Sequence record: SRR31156797_2631
DNA: 50,996 nt
Strand: one strand, 5' to 3'
Part shown: positions 9,872 to 19,797 of the stretch, piece after piece
Position numbering within the stretch: position 1 is the first letter of the stretch
How the letters are laid out: each line of letters starts with the position of its first letter
Made by a program: the position numbers and the translations under genes
Notes under the pieces: generated by a model
What the model saw: the letters and a program-made list of their open reading frames with translations, nothing else
Told to the model about the DNA's origin: nothing
Databases searched by the model: none

Positions 9872-10876
9872 TTATTGCCGAAGCCCCTGTACAATGACAT
9901 CATTAACCTTGTTACATACCATATCTGATGCCACTCTTATGGCATTACGGATAGCGGTAGCATTGGATGTCCCATGACAAATAATGCCCGTCCCATTTAT
10001 GCCAAGTAATGGCGCACCACCATATTCAGCATAATCAACCTGCTTGCGAAAGTCAGCAAAGGCCTTGCGAATAAACAGATATCCGATCTTGGCACGCCAG
10101 GTTTTCATAATTTCTTTTTTCAGCATCTGCGTGGCTGCTTCGGCGAGTCCTTCACTAATTTTTAGTGAAATATTGCCGACAAACCCATCACAGACAATCA
10201 CATCCACATCACCTTTATAGACATCCCTTCCTTCTACATTACCAACAAAGTTAAGAGATCCATGCTGAAGCAGATCGTAGGTTTCTTTGACAAGCGCGTT
10301 CCCCTTTCCAGTTTCTTCACCAATACTGAGTAAACCGATCCGAGGAGATTTAATATTTAGCAAAAGACTGGAACATGATGAAGCCATAACAGCAAATTGA
10401 TAAAGATGCTGCGGACGGCAATCGACATTAGCACCTATATCCATTAACATAACAGGACGTTGCAACGTAGGGAAAAAGCTGGCAATTCCAGGTCTTGAGA
10501 CACCGGCAAGACGCCCCAACTTTCGAACCCCTGCAGCTAACGTAGCTCCTGAGTTCCCAGCGGACACTACAGCATCTGCATTGCCAGACTTAACCAAATC
10601 AAACCCCACCATAACGGTGGAGTTCTTTTTCTTTCGTACAGCGTCGACTGGAGATTCATCCATCCCTACAACCTCGGGAGCATGTTGAATCTTTAATCGT
10701 TCTGATATGTTTGCAGGTTTACCTGTTACAGCTATTGCGAGTTGACCACGGAGGAAATCTTCAGGACCGACCAATAAAACTTCCAGATCCTTTTGCTCTT
10801 CAACAGCTGCAATAGCTCCTTGAATAAGCATTTCCGGTCCATGATCCCCACCCATGGCATCGAGAGCTATTCGCAC
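9872..10876 (-). CDS. plsX: Phosphate acyltransferase PlsX
   Basis: IALDAMGGD, SAGNSGA, DIGANVD, CDGFVGN, YGGAPLLG. Confidence 0.97.
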   Translation of the reverse strand: MRIALDAMGGDHGPEMLIQGAIAAVEEQKDLEVLLVGPEDFLRGQLAIAVTGKPANISERLKIQHAPEVVGMDESPVDAVRKKKNSTVMVGFDLVKSGNADAVVSAGNSGATLAAGVRKLGRLAGVSRPGIASFFPTLQRPVMLMDIGANVDCRPQHLYQFAVMASSCSSLLLNIKSPRIGLLSIGEETGKGNALVKETYDLLQHGSLNFVGNVEGRDVYKGDVDVIVCDGFVGNISLKISEGLAEAATQMLKKEIMKTWRAKIGYLFIRKAFADFRKQVDYAEYGGAPLLGINGTGIICHGTSNATAIRNAIRVASDMVCNKVNDVIVQGLRQ

Positions 10877-10885
10877 AGTTGTCGC

Positions 10886-11074
10886 CTAATTAAGTTCATC
10901 CTCTAATTGGATAACATTTTTCCCTTTATAGACACCGCACCCACCACAAAGTTGGTGCAGCATTTTAGGTTCACCACATTCCGGACACTTACTTACACTT
11001 GGACGACCAAGTGCATCGTGGGCTCGTCTTTGTCTGGTGCGTGATCGGGAATGTCTTCTTTTAGGTAAGGCCAT
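10886..11074 (-). CDS. rpmF: 50S ribosomal protein L32 (zinc-binding form)
   Basis: MALPKRRHS...RRAH, CPECG...HQLCGGCGVY; canonical position upstream of plsX. Confidence 0.95.
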   Translation of the reverse strand: MALPKRRHSRSRTRQRRAHDALGRPSVSKCPECGEPKMLHQLCGGCGVYKGKNVIQLEDELN

Positions 11075-11139
11075 TTTTATTCTCCTTATTCATACTAAAC
11101 GCTTTCAGCGCACAATTTGATAACGGTAGCTGAAAACAA

Positions 11140-11661
11140 TCAATTATTTCTTTTTAAACGAGAAAGCACTGCAAACGGTGACTCGGTAATAGTATTTTCG
11201 CAATCACAAACAGCATCATTCAAATTATTACCACACCGGTTACAAATGCCTTTGCATCCAGAGGAACATAGATTTTTTTGGGGCAACGCCAATTCAATTT
11301 GCTGACGAAAAACGTCGTCGCAGTCTATCAAGGGTTCGTCCAAAAAAACTGTATCCATCTCACTGGATGTGCATTCAACTTCCTTAAGTTGCCACTTCTC
11401 AGTATCACCTGTTTCAAATAAAATGTGAAAGGAGGTGTCAATAGGGTAGGCAAATGGTACCAGGCAACGGTCACAGTTGACAACAGCTGTGACGATCAGG
11501 GTTCCACTCATTTCAACCTGATTGTCATTTTTCCTCTTCAAGGAAAAGGAAAACCGACTTTCACCTTCAAGGGAAACGCTCTCAACCTGCTCTAAGCCTG
11601 TAACTTCAAATAGTTCAAACTGATTCCCATGGGGTGAAATCTCGTTAAATCGAAGGCGCAT
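11140..11661 (-). CDS. yceD: YceD/DUF177 family protein
   Basis: CDRCL and LC..GCKGIC..CG.NLN...C.C motifs, C-terminal PFAVL; sits upstream of rpmF. Confidence 0.9.
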   Translation of the reverse strand: MRLRFNEISPHGNQFELFEVTGLEQVESVSLEGESRFSFSLKRKNDNQVEMSGTLIVTAVVNCDRCLVPFAYPIDTSFHILFETGDTEKWQLKEVECTSSEMDTVFLDEPLIDCDDVFRQQIELALPQKNLCSSGCKGICNRCGNNLNDAVCDCENTITESPFAVLSRLKRNN

Positions 11662-11869
11662 AATACACTACCCCGTGGTAACAATGGTAATTTTCGTCAA
11701 AGCTGCTTTATATACACAAAAAATGAGAAGAAAGCTAACGAAAAATAAGGTCAGATGCTTTGTGAGGTTCCCCTGGAATAATATATCCGTTTATCAGGGT
11801 TGTAAGGTGTCCCTTTAACAAGAAGTGAAAACACTCAGAATCCTTCCACCTTCTCTCAGCTACACTCTT

Positions 11870-12544
11870 TTACTGCTCGTTTTCTGCAGTATCGACTTCT
11901 ATTGCAGCTATTTTTTTTTCGATCTCGTTGACTAGATGCTCGTAGCCGTCAGCCCTTACTATCTCGTCAAACTGTTCCTTATAGTTACGAACCAGACTGA
12001 CTCCTTCAATAACTACATCATAAGCCATCCATTGGTCTTCCTTAAGTAACATAATGTAAGACACAGGGATGCTTCTACCCGAATCAATTAGCAGTGTTTG
12101 CACCTCGGCACGCTTACCACGGATACGTTGCTTCTTGTACTCAACTACAGTACCCGCATATTCTTCTATTTTACCAATATAGGCATGTTCCAGAAGACGG
12201 GTAAACAATTCCTCAAAATCAATCTGTTGTTCACTTGTTATTTGTTTCCAATGTTTTCCCAATACCCGTTTAGACATTTCCTGGAAATCAAACCGCTCTC
12301 TGGCAACATCGATGACCCTTTGACACAACGTACATTTGTCTCCGTTGTTGGACTCCTCATCCTGTAAAATAGCTATGACCTTTTCGATAAAGGGCCGTAA
12401 CTGCTCTGTAGGGTCTGGCGTAGCGGCATGCACTCTCGAAACAGGCATGATAAGTACTGCAAACAGGATGAAAAACAAAGGCCCCGACAGCCATCGGCGA
12501 TGGTACGCCCTCTCTTGAAATTGCATACTGCGAAAATTATGCAT
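11870..12544 (-). CDS. mlaC: MlaC/Ttg2D phospholipid-binding protein
   Basis: FDFQEMSKRVLGKHW, YDVVIEGVSLVRNYKEQF; signal peptide; exact start uncertain. Confidence 0.9.
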   Translation of the reverse strand: MHNFRSMQFQERAYHRRWLSGPLFFILFAVLIMPVSRVHAATPDPTEQLRPFIEKVIAILQDEESNNGDKCTLCQRVIDVARERFDFQEMSKRVLGKHWKQITSEQQIDFEELFTRLLEHAYIGKIEEYAGTVVEYKKQRIRGKRAEVQTLLIDSGRSIPVSYIMLLKEDQWMAYDVVIEGVSLVRNYKEQFDEIVRADGYEHLVNEIEKKIAAIEVDTAENEQ

Positions 12545-12547
12545 ATA

Positions 12548-13327
12548 TTAATTTTCCCAAAACTCTGAATCAACTTGAAAATCAGTATGGTCCCTGATCT
12601 TTTTCCGATTTTGAAAATAACTGTTTCGCAAGGCAACATAAGGGTCAAAGCTTAATTTTTTCAAATCATCGTAAACATTCAAGTATAGCGAGAGCTTGTT
12701 CACCTCTTTTGTTGCGTAAATACCTCCCAGTACAAGGTAATCATCTGACCAAAAGTAGTAAGGGGACATTGTCATGGAGTCAACAACCGTACCAGTGATA
12801 TCTCTTAAGGTAGTAGAGCCGTAGAACGGAACAACCAGATAAAAGCCATCACCCACCCCCCAAGTTGCAAGAGTCTCGCCAAGTGAGGCGTCAATCATAG
12901 GAATCCCGAATTCCCTTGTGGCAGGATTACCAAGCCCGAAGACTCCTGCAACAGAATTAATAGCAAACCGTGACAAAACCCACATAGACTCCTCAAACCT
13001 TCCCTGCAAAACACAATTCACAAAACGAAGAGGTTCTTCCAAATTGCGGAAAAAGTTCCACACACAGCCACGAATATCGGTGGGCACCACAGCACTGTAC
13101 CCTGTTGCCAGCGGCTTGAGCAGGTAAGTGTAAGCAGAATCGTTAAAATCGAAAACAAGCCTGTTAAAAGGTTCTATGGGATCTTTAACAGCAGTACTTT
13201 CCTGCTCATCCGTGTAAAAGTCATCATCTAGGAAGTCGACTTCCTCTGCGCTAAACGCAGGAACAGCAGCCAGCAACATAAAAGACAATACAATCACACG
13301 ATATATTGGTGAATTCTGGTAAGACAT
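12548..13327 (-). CDS. mlaA: MlaA/VacJ family protein
   Basis: DPIEPFNR, GETLATWGVGDGFYLVVPFYGSTTLRD, DPYVALRNSY. Confidence 0.9.
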   Translation of the reverse strand: MSYQNSPIYRVIVLSFMLLAAVPAFSAEEVDFLDDDFYTDEQESTAVKDPIEPFNRLVFDFNDSAYTYLLKPLATGYSAVVPTDIRGCVWNFFRNLEEPLRFVNCVLQGRFEESMWVLSRFAINSVAGVFGLGNPATREFGIPMIDASLGETLATWGVGDGFYLVVPFYGSTTLRDITGTVVDSMTMSPYYFWSDDYLVLGGIYATKEVNKLSLYLNVYDDLKKLSFDPYVALRNSYFQNRKKIRDHTDFQVDSEFWEN

Positions 13328-13333
13328 GACCTT

Positions 13334-13792
13334 CTATTTAACCTTCCCAAAAGCAAACTTAGAAATGAGGGATTCAAGATCAACCGAGGATTCCGTATCT
13401 ACAATAACATCGTCAGGCCCATACAACTCATCATCACCACCCGGTGAAATCTGCAGAAATTTATCTCCGATAATCCCCTGAGATTTTACAGAAACGATTG
13501 AATCAACAGGCAACTTGATACTGTTATCAAGCTGCATAGTCACCACAGCAAGGCCATCTTCACTGAGCTCCAATTCTTTGACTAGCCCCACATTTACCCC
13601 TGAAATCTGGACATCCGCCCCAGTTTTTATTCCAGAAATATTATGGAATTCTGCCTGGATATCATAGCGCTTAACTCCTGTAAGCCACGGTACCTCACCG
13701 AGCTGAAGAGCAAGCCAGCCAAATGCACCAAAACCGAAAATGAGGAAGATCCCAACCAACACATCAAAACGGGAATATCGCATTTTAATCAC
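13334..13792 (-). CDS. mlaD: MlaD (MCE domain) protein
   Basis: N-terminal TM; A.F.NISGIK.GA.V.ISGV.VG.V; GIIGDKFLQISPGG; SVDLESLISKF. Confidence 0.92.
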   Translation of the reverse strand: MIKMRYSRFDVLVGIFLIFGFGAFGWLALQLGEVPWLTGVKRYDIQAEFHNISGIKTGADVQISGVNVGLVKELELSEDGLAVVTMQLDNSIKLPVDSIVSVKSQGIIGDKFLQISPGGDDELYGPDDVIVDTESSVDLESLISKFAFGKVK

Positions 13793-14585
13793 CTTTATTT
13801 ACAGCCTCTTGGGCTAGGCCAAGAGTCTTTTCAGCAAATTCAGCTATATATGGTTTTTCCGAGGAAACAACTTCATCCACATGACCAAAAACATCAAGCT
13901 GCCCTTTATTAAGGAGAATAATTCGATCTGCCAGCTCAAAGACCTGCGGAATATCATGACTTACAATTACGGCGGTGTATCCCAGACGTTTTTGTACACT
14001 GGTAAAGAGATCATAAATTTCTCTGGTCATCACAGGATCAAGACCGGTTGTCGGCTCGTCGTACAGAACAATTTCAGGTTCAAGCTGTAACGCTCTGGCC
14101 AGGCCAACCCGCTTCTTCATGCCACCGCTTAACTGCGCAGGAAATTTCAGATCATGACCAGTCAGTTCGAGTTGGCTCAGTGTTTGCGCCACCTTTTCAT
14201 TGATTTCAGACTCATTAAGTTGAGTTCGTTCGCGCAAAGGTAAGGCAATATTCTCATAAACAGACAAAGAGTCAAAAAGCGCAGCGCCCTGAAACAGGAC
14301 ACCAAACAACATCCTCAAATCCTGCAGTGCTTTGTATCCCATTTTACTTACATCTTTATCACCAATATAAATGGCACCACTGTCAGGCTGAAGCAACCCT
14401 AATATCAATTTTAGGATAACGCTTTTCCCCTGACCGCTTCCGCCTGCGATAACAGTTGTCTGCCCTTTGGGGATGGTAAAATCGACGTGATCAAGAACGA
14501 CATGCTTACTATCTCGAGTTCCAAACGATTTCACCACGTCTACAAATCGTATGGCATACTCTGGGGGGGACGGGTTCTTTTCCAT
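13785..14585 (-). CDS. mlaF: MlaF ABC transporter ATPase
   Basis: GGSGQGKS Walker A, LSGGMKKRVGLARAL, YDEPTTGLDP. Confidence 0.92.
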   Translation of the reverse strand: MEKNPSPPEYAIRFVDVVKSFGTRDSKHVVLDHVDFTIPKGQTTVIAGGSGQGKSVILKLILGLLQPDSGAIYIGDKDVSKMGYKALQDLRMLFGVLFQGAALFDSLSVYENIALPLRERTQLNESEINEKVAQTLSQLELTGHDLKFPAQLSGGMKKRVGLARALQLEPEIVLYDEPTTGLDPVMTREIYDLFTSVQKRLGYTAVIVSHDIPQVFELADRIILLNKGQLDVFGHVDEVVSSEKPYIAEFAEKTLGLAQEAVNKGD

Positions 14586-14599
14586 TAATTATGCCCCTA

Positions 14600-15421
14600 T
14601 CAGATCAATATTGCAGTCAATAGATAATCGAAAACAAGAATAGAAATAGACGCAATCACAACAGCCTGGGTTGTAACTTTGCTGACACTTTCAGCACCAA
14701 AACCAGCACCTCGTATCTGCTGGACAAAGTAGCCTCTACCTGCGCATATCCAGACGATCAGTACCGCAAAAACAAAAGACTTAACAACACCGAGCCGAAT
14801 ATCGTGATTAGTGACACTTTGCTCCATGCTGGCAAAATAGGCACCAGCATTCACCCCCATGAGCTTTACCCCTGCAAGGTATCCGCCGAATATACCAACG
14901 ACATCAAAAACCGCCGTCAACAACGGGACAGCAATAATAGTAGCCAGTACCTTGGGAGAAATCAAGTATCTGAAAGGGTCAATAGCCATGCATTCCAATG
15001 CGTCTATCTGCTCGGATATGCGCATAATACCGATTTCAGCACACATGGCTGATCCAGCCCGACCTGTCACCATCAACGCTGTCAAGACAGGGCCAAGCTC
15101 CATGACTAAAGTCAAAGATACTGCAGACCCCAGCATCCCCTCCGCACCAAACTTACTCAACGAGTAGACCCCTTGCAGGCCAAGAACCATCCCTGAAGAG
15201 AGTGCGGTAAAAAAAATGACTGTCAACGACCCTGTCCCTATGAAATGCACCTGTTTTATCAATTCCTGACTTCTGAAAGGGCGTTTGAATATACTTATAA
15301 GGCAGAAAAACAGAAATATACCCATTCTGCCCAGGTCCCTTAACAGATAGATGCACCCATCTCCCATGGCTCCAAAAAAGTTACCCATATAAGTCGTCTT
15401 TTTTATCGATTCAGCATTCAT
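14600..15421 (-). CDS. mlaE: MlaE ABC transporter permease
   Basis: ELGPVLTALMVTGRAGSA..AEIG.MRISEQIDALE, GAESVSKVTTQAVV. Confidence 0.94.
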   Translation of the reverse strand: MNAESIKKTTYMGNFFGAMGDGCIYLLRDLGRMGIFLFFCLISIFKRPFRSQELIKQVHFIGTGSLTVIFFTALSSGMVLGLQGVYSLSKFGAEGMLGSAVSLTLVMELGPVLTALMVTGRAGSAMCAEIGIMRISEQIDALECMAIDPFRYLISPKVLATIIAVPLLTAVFDVVGIFGGYLAGVKLMGVNAGAYFASMEQSVTNHDIRLGVVKSFVFAVLIVWICAGRGYFVQQIRGAGFGAESVSKVTTQAVVIASISILVFDYLLTAILI

Positions 15422-15523
15422 GGCTAAGTGTCATTATTGATTTGTACAGGGAAAAACAAACTAGGGAAACTAGGATACAGGAAAAGAAAATTCATGCACT
15501 CTATTTGTGCGGTGCATTACTTT

Positions 15524-15949
15524 CTATCCGCTAGCAGAACCTGTCTTTTCAACGGAGGAAACAAGAGGGAAATCTTCCAGGAAATCTTTGGCAATCCCAA
15601 TGGGATCATCTGAGGCGTAAAGAACCATGGTCTGAAGAAACATAAAGCTGTCATCTTCCATATCGGTGAATTCAACAGCAATCCCTGCCTCTTCAGCACG
15701 AACTACTTTAGCGAAGAATTTGAGAATCAGGCTAGAGTACTCTCCTTTTTCATGGAGTTCAAGCTGGCATTCTCCGTCCACAATACCCTTCAGCGTTTTA
15801 TCATCAATGAAAAGCCCTCCCATACTGAGATTCCGTGCAGGGAACTCCCCCAGAAGGCGATCGTTGACCGATAATCTGACTGTCCGGGTAAAAACAACCC
15901 TTGTATGACGACGCTTCTCGGGAAGAAGTGTCTGAATAACGCTTTTCAT
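15524..15949 (-). CDS. PilZ domain protein (c-di-GMP-binding motifs intact)
   Basis: RRHTR (RxxxR) and NLSMGG ([D/N]xSxxG); AKVVR...GIAVEF. Confidence 0.85.
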   Translation of the reverse strand: MKSVIQTLLPEKRRHTRVVFTRTVRLSVNDRLLGEFPARNLSMGGLFIDDKTLKGIVDGECQLELHEKGEYSSLILKFFAKVVRAEEAGIAVEFTDMEDDSFMFLQTMVLYASDDPIGIAKDFLEDFPLVSSVEKTGSASG

Positions 15950-16120
15950 TTGTCGATTTCCAGCTGTAGTAAATATTACTGTTGGTATATAATATAAACA
16001 GTCGAAAATTTAAAACCTAATTTTTTAAAATTATATAAAAAAATTAGGTTACTACTCAGCCAATAACATTTATTTTTCCCTAACCTCGACAAGTAACTGC
16101 GCAGCAACGCTCAAATGAGC

Positions 16121-16822
16121 CTACCACCTCTTACGAAACCACTCCTGTACATATTCGATGTGTTCTCGCATCGCCTCCTCGGCAGCATCAGGCTGCCTAT
16201 TAGCAATCGCATCATAAACCTTTGTGTGGGCAGCCAAAACAATATCAATATTATCAGGATCATCCCATAGATGGCTCAGATTCTTTTTAATTCCCAAAAA
16301 AAGCAGATCGTAAAAATTCCTCATCAAGTGAATCTGCACCGGATTTTTGGTGGCAAAGCTGATCGCCATATGAAAAGCTGCATCAGCCTCATTACCGAGG
16401 GCACCGTTTTTCACGGTTTCTTCCATCTCCTTGTTAGCTTTCGACAAATTAAGGATATCCTGCGGCGTCGCTCGGGATGCGGCCATCCTGGCAGCATTAC
16501 ACTCAAGCCCAAGCCGTACCTCCAGCAAGTCGTGAATGGTAACTTCATCAATAGCAAGCATCGTTGCTAATGGGTTCCCCTGGTCTCCGTTAGGGGTCGT
16601 TACAAAAGTACCCTGCCCTTGCCGGTGTTCAAGCAGCCCTAGAGTTACCAGCTTATTAATGGCATTGCGCACTGTCGTTCGGCTGACTTCAAGACTGGTT
16701 GCAAGTTCACGCTCTGGAAGCAATTGCTCCCCCGGCTTTAATTCGCCGCGATAAATGAGCTCACGTATCTGTTCAAAAACCTGATCAGAAATCCTTTTGG
16801 GTTTAATCGGGCGTAAATTCAT
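16121..16822 (-). CDS. GntR/FadR-family regulator (LldR/PdhR/GlcC-like)
   Basis: LKPGEQLLPERELA..LEVSRTTVR..I..L...G...RQGQGTFV wHTH plus FCD domain (ADAAFH, H..VY.AI). Start at MNLRPIKPKR with GAGGA RBS, 7 bp after the glcF stop. Confidence 0.9.
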   Translation of the reverse strand: MNLRPIKPKRISDQVFEQIRELIYRGELKPGEQLLPERELATSLEVSRTTVRNAINKLVTLGLLEHRQGQGTFVTTPNGDQGNPLATMLAIDEVTIHDLLEVRLGLECNAARMAASRATPQDILNLSKANKEMEETVKNGALGNEADAAFHMAISFATKNPVQIHLMRNFYDLLFLGIKKNLSHLWDDPDNIDIVLAAHTKVYDAIANRQPDAAEEAMREHIEYVQEWFRKRW

Positions 16823-16829
16823 ACATTCC

Positions 16830-18125
16830 TCAGGAAATTGATTCCGCATACAGTTCAACAAAATGTTTAACAGGTATACTGTCGCCCTGCTGTGACAGCA
16901 TATCAGATACCTGCATCATACACGCAGGGCAACCGGTTGCTACCACATCACACTCTGTTTTGACAATAGCATTTCTCTTTTTGAAACCAATACTACGTGA
17001 GATATCATAGTATTGAACGTTAAAACTGCCTCCCATGCCACAGCAAGAGTCAGCACCCTCCATTTCAACGAGTTGGTAACCTACAGAAGCACCAATGAGC
17101 TGACGAGGCTCCTTGAAGACCCCCAAGGATTTCCTCAGATGGCACGGATCATGATAGGTGACCTTTAATGCATCATTTTTTACTTCTAGCTGTTCCTTTA
17201 CACCCAGTTTACCGACAAGCAGTTCACTGATATCGAGAGTTTTCTTCACAATATCCTCAAGCAATGCCCTGTCTTCTCCGCTAAGATCGGTTAGCATCTC
17301 CGGCCAAATTTCTTTGATAGTAGAAGTACAGGTTCCACAGGAGGTAACCAACACATCAAACTCCTCTTTCCTGTACAGGTCAAGGGTATGCAAAGCTAAT
17401 TTTCTCATTGTTACAACATCACCAGAAGCAATAGCGGGTATTCCACAACACCCCTGCCCTTTCGGTAGAAATATTCCAACCCCATGGTGTCCAAGAACTT
17501 TGATCGTTGCATGAGCTATATCTGGGAACACCTTATCTATAACGCACCCTGTAAAGATTGCTGCGCGCAGCCCTGATTCCCCTGCTGGTGTTGAAATATT
17601 TTCCACCACCTTGTGAAACGGTTTGTCAGCCAACTTTCTAAAATGTCGCCCCCCTATCAACGGTGCTGCAATTGTTGCGCAGGAAGTACCAACCGTTTCA
17701 TTTACCTTCTTAGTAAACACCCCTTGAAAATTCCCCCCCCATTCAATGAGGGTATCAAAAAGCTTTGGCTTTGAAAGTAAACCGCGAAAAATAACTTTTT
17801 TAAGGGGAGAAAGGCCTGAATAACCAGTGAGTATGGTCCGGGCCTTTAAAAATATCTGAGACAATTCAACCCCGGATGGACAGTTGGCCTCACAGGAACC
17901 ACAAAGCAGACATTTTTGCAACCTTTCCCGAGCTCCACCCACATCTGTAAGCATGGTCTCCATAAGTCCATCAACCAGTGCCAGCTTGCCGCGTGCCACG
18001 TCTGCTTCCTTTCCTGTCTGGCCATATACAGGACAGACTGCCTGACACATACCACATCGCATGCAGACAATCACCTGATCTTCCAGTTCCTTCATCATGC
18101 GGGCTAAATCTTGTATTTCTGACAT
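16830..18125 (-). CDS. Fe-S (CCG-domain) subunit of glycolate/D-lactate dehydrogenase, GlcF-like
   Basis: CMRCGMCQAVCP, CLLCGSCEANCP, two CCG motifs, YHDPCHL, TGCPAC. Confidence 0.88.
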   Translation of the reverse strand: MSEIQDLARMMKELEDQVIVCMRCGMCQAVCPVYGQTGKEADVARGKLALVDGLMETMLTDVGGARERLQKCLLCGSCEANCPSGVELSQIFLKARTILTGYSGLSPLKKVIFRGLLSKPKLFDTLIEWGGNFQGVFTKKVNETVGTSCATIAAPLIGGRHFRKLADKPFHKVVENISTPAGESGLRAAIFTGCVIDKVFPDIAHATIKVLGHHGVGIFLPKGQGCCGIPAIASGDVVTMRKLALHTLDLYRKEEFDVLVTSCGTCTSTIKEIWPEMLTDLSGEDRALLEDIVKKTLDISELLVGKLGVKEQLEVKNDALKVTYHDPCHLRKSLGVFKEPRQLIGASVGYQLVEMEGADSCCGMGGSFNVQYYDISRSIGFKKRNAIVKTECDVVATGCPACMMQVSDMLSQQGDSIPVKHFVELYAESIS

Positions 18126-18127
18126 GA

Positions 18128-19510
18128 CTACCTCCCTAGCACTTTGCCGGGGTTGAGAATATTTTTAGGATCAAGTGCCGCTTTAATTTTTTTTGAATAA
18201 TCAATCGTAGCAACAGACGTTTCCTGCACAAGATACTTGGACTTCATGGTCCCTGTTCCGTGTTCCCCGGAAATGGTTCCATCAAAGCCTAACGCCTTTT
18301 CAAAAATCTTATCTATTGCCTGCTCGACTCGTCCCCATTCACTCTTATCGCGTTTATCGGTAAGAATCGTAGGGTGTAAATTACCGTCACCAGCATGTCC
18401 AAAAGTGCCGATTAAGAGATCAAACTCAGCTGCAATCTCATCAACGGCCTGTACCATGGCTGGGATTTTCGAACGTGGGACAGTCGCGTCCTCCAACACC
18501 AGGGTCGGCCTCAATTTAGCCAAAGAGGAAAGTGCGGCCCTCCTTGCTGCCCAGATAGCATCTCTTTCACTCTCATCAGCAGCGACTTTCAAATCCCTGA
18601 CGCCCATCTCCTCACATATACGGCGAACCGTTTCGGCATCATCAGCAACCTGTCCGGGGTGACCATCTACCTCTATCAAAAGCAGGGCTGCAGCATCGAT
18701 CGGCAGCCCCGCCTTGCTAAAATCTTCAACCGCCCTGATAGTTACATTATCCATAAACTCCAAAGTCGCAGGCACCACTTTACTGGCGATAATCCGGGCA
18801 ACGGTTTCCGAGGCACGATGTATACTTTCAAAAATAGCGAGCATGGATCGTCGATCTTGAGGCGGAGGAATCAGTTTCAGCGTAACGGTATTATACACAC
18901 CAAGAGTCCCCTCAGATCCAACCAGAAGCCCCCCCAAATTATACCCAGACGCGCACTTCACGGTCCTGGCACCGGTTTTCACAAGCTGCCCCTCTGCATC
19001 AAAAAAATCCATAGCCATTACATAATCACGGGTTACTCCATACTTTAACCCTCGCAGCCCGCCTGCATTTTCTGCCACATTACCGCCAAGGGTAGATATA
19101 GCCTGGCTCCCGGGGTCTGGCGGGTAAAACAAACCAGCCTTCTCCACTTCATGTGCAAATTGTGCTGTAATCACTCCAGGTTGTACGACTGCGAGCAAAT
19201 CTTCCTGATTAAGTTCCACTATTTTATTGAGTCCGGTGGTCAATACCACCACCCCACCCGGATCAGGGACCGTCCCCCCGCTCAAGTTACTCCCTGCACC
19301 ACGGACAGTTATCGGCAGGTTATTTTCACTGCAAAGGACTATTGCCTGCCCCAAGGCTTCACTGTCAACTGGCCTGAGAACGAAACCGGGCATCACTTGT
19401 TCTGTAGGGGCCGAGTCGTAAGAATAAGTTAGCAAATCAGCCTCTTCAAAAAATACATTTTCCACACCCAGCACATCCTGAAACTTTTCCACTAAACTCT
19501 GCCGGCTCAT
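18128..19510 (-). CDS. FAD-linked oxidase, GlcD/D-lactate dehydrogenase catalytic subunit
   Basis: RGAGSNLSGG, YPPDPGS, GGNVAENAGG, GSEGTLG, GHAGDGNLHP, SGEHG. Start at MSRQ with AGGAGGAG RBS. Confidence 0.9.
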   Translation of the reverse strand: MSRQSLVEKFQDVLGVENVFFEEADLLTYSYDSAPTEQVMPGFVLRPVDSEALGQAIVLCSENNLPITVRGAGSNLSGGTVPDPGGVVVLTTGLNKIVELNQEDLLAVVQPGVITAQFAHEVEKAGLFYPPDPGSQAISTLGGNVAENAGGLRGLKYGVTRDYVMAMDFFDAEGQLVKTGARTVKCASGYNLGGLLVGSEGTLGVYNTVTLKLIPPPQDRRSMLAIFESIHRASETVARIIASKVVPATLEFMDNVTIRAVEDFSKAGLPIDAAALLLIEVDGHPGQVADDAETVRRICEEMGVRDLKVAADESERDAIWAARRAALSSLAKLRPTLVLEDATVPRSKIPAMVQAVDEIAAEFDLLIGTFGHAGDGNLHPTILTDKRDKSEWGRVEQAIDKIFEKALGFDGTISGEHGTGTMKSKYLVQETSVATIDYSKKIKAALDPKNILNPGKVLGR

Positions 19511-19558
19511 TGTCGACTCCTCCTTGCTCACTTAAAATTGGACTAACACGTACAGATA

Positions 19559-19573
19559 ATTGGTAATACCAAT
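19559..19573. promoter_or_regulatory. FadR-family (PdhR/LldR-type) operator 1
   Basis: ATTGGTA-A-TACCAAT palindrome matching the known AATTGGTnnnACCAATT consensus, ~50 bp upstream of the glcD-like start. Confidence 0.8.
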
Positions 19574-19666
19574 CATGGAAATCCGGAAACAAACTTCTAC
19601 ACAAAAGCCACCGTCACACCAGTTACCTTACTAATATCATGTTATTTTTATTTATCAAGTTTTTTC

Positions 19667-19695
19667 TTGACTGCTACCGTTTTCAGTGCTATGGA
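19667..19695 (+). promoter_or_regulatory. Putative sigma70 promoter for dctPQM
   Basis: TTGACT-17 bp-TATGGA with a TG extension; abuts operator 2. Confidence 0.5.
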
Positions 19696-19710
19696 ATTGG
19701 TTATACCAAT
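19695..19710. promoter_or_regulatory. FadR-family (PdhR/LldR-type) operator 2
   Basis: AATTGGTTATACCAAT, a second copy of the same palindrome, over the predicted dctP transcription start. Confidence 0.8.
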
Positions 19711-19797
19711 AGAGAGGTCTACAAAAAAGACCCTCGCCGCCAAAATTCCATACAGGGTTTATGGCTATTTACTTTCCCATCTAAAGGAGGCTTTTCA

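Noticed and set aside
19639-19797. 53-aa N-terminal extension of DctP
   Set aside because: It covers the promoter and operator; ATG 19798 has an AAGGAGG RBS and begins a signal peptide.
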